DNA from: an uncultured Fibrobacteria bacterium
GTDB taxonomy: Bacteria > Fibrobacterota > Fibrobacteria > UBA11236
Length of the DNA stretch: 64,000 nucleotides
Direction of reading: 5' to 3'
NCBI GenBank assembly: GCA_963716395.1
Contig: OY970309.1
Span: 2,016,001 to 2,080,000 of the forward strand
Shown: positions 63,619 to 64,000 of the stretch, one piece after another
Layout of the letters: each line of letters opens with the position of its first letter
How positions within the stretch are numbered: the stretch's first letter is position 1
The notes under the pieces: generated by a model
Seen by the model: the letters and a program-made list of their open reading frames with translations, nothing else
What the model was told of the DNA's origin: nothing
Database searches by the model: none
Translations under genes and position numbers: made by a program

Positions 63619-64000
63619 AAATGGTCTTCCTCTTCTTTTCCTTTGAAGATTGGTCTCTGCCTAGTCTTGCGAGCGACGCGACGCAAGATATCCCTTACAT
63701 AGGTTTCATAATATCGCGCAGAAGTGTCCATCCGGGGGGCTTCATGCAATGAGTACGGGAGTTCCTGCGCTTTCGTGATCGGTGTTTCAGCGCCGGCCCT
63801 ATGAAAAAAAGTGCCTTTTGAACAATTGGGCGAAGAAATTTTGGAGCAAAAGTGAAGTATCAGGCGGTAGAGATGGGGCGTGGGGTATAAATTGAGAGAC
63901 TGGGACAGACGATTGGACGTTGGCTCGAAGAGAGATTTTCGGATAAGGAGTTCGAATTGACTTTTAACATCCGAAAAAAATTAAACGGTTCAATCGCAGT

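Noticed and set aside
63620-64000. Terminal intergenic region as ncRNA or element end
   Set aside because: No recognisable structure or ORF within the window.

Overview
High-GC bacterial DNA, most likely Fibrobacterota (inferred from a SprA/T9SS translocon, a fibro-slime protein and several secreted glycan-active proteins with short C-terminal sorting-type tails). Bases 1-35.9 kb are intact core and semi-core genes: tig (partial), tRNA-Leu(TAG), RNase G/E family, sprA, eboA/eboB, a repeat-bearing serine hydrolase, a P-type ATPase, a B12/iron ABC transporter, rhomboid, coaD, rsmD, pilM/pilN-like, comEA, pyrG, kdsB, gatC and uvrD. About 35.9-62 kb is an accessory region bracketed by the intact uvrD 5' end and a second, diverged, truncated uvrD 5' copy. 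It holds an AbiE toxin-antitoxin pair, a vapBC pair inside type I R-M remnants, secreted CAZyme-like genes, gene fragments and five copies of a dispersed palindromic repeat. The most striking locus is 45.8-51.9 kb. A large secreted beta-helix plus GH-A-like protein has a poly-G tract that sets its reading frame. It is followed by a ~675-bp-period tandem array of four mosaic, diversified LRR lipoprotein genes plus a stub, each preceded by a copy of the last ~25 codons of the big gene. This looks like an effector/poly-immunity or variable LRR receptor system. Many single-base frameshifts in 45-62 kb may be long-read consensus errors rather than true pseudogenes. All calls come from reading the sequence only; no searches were run.
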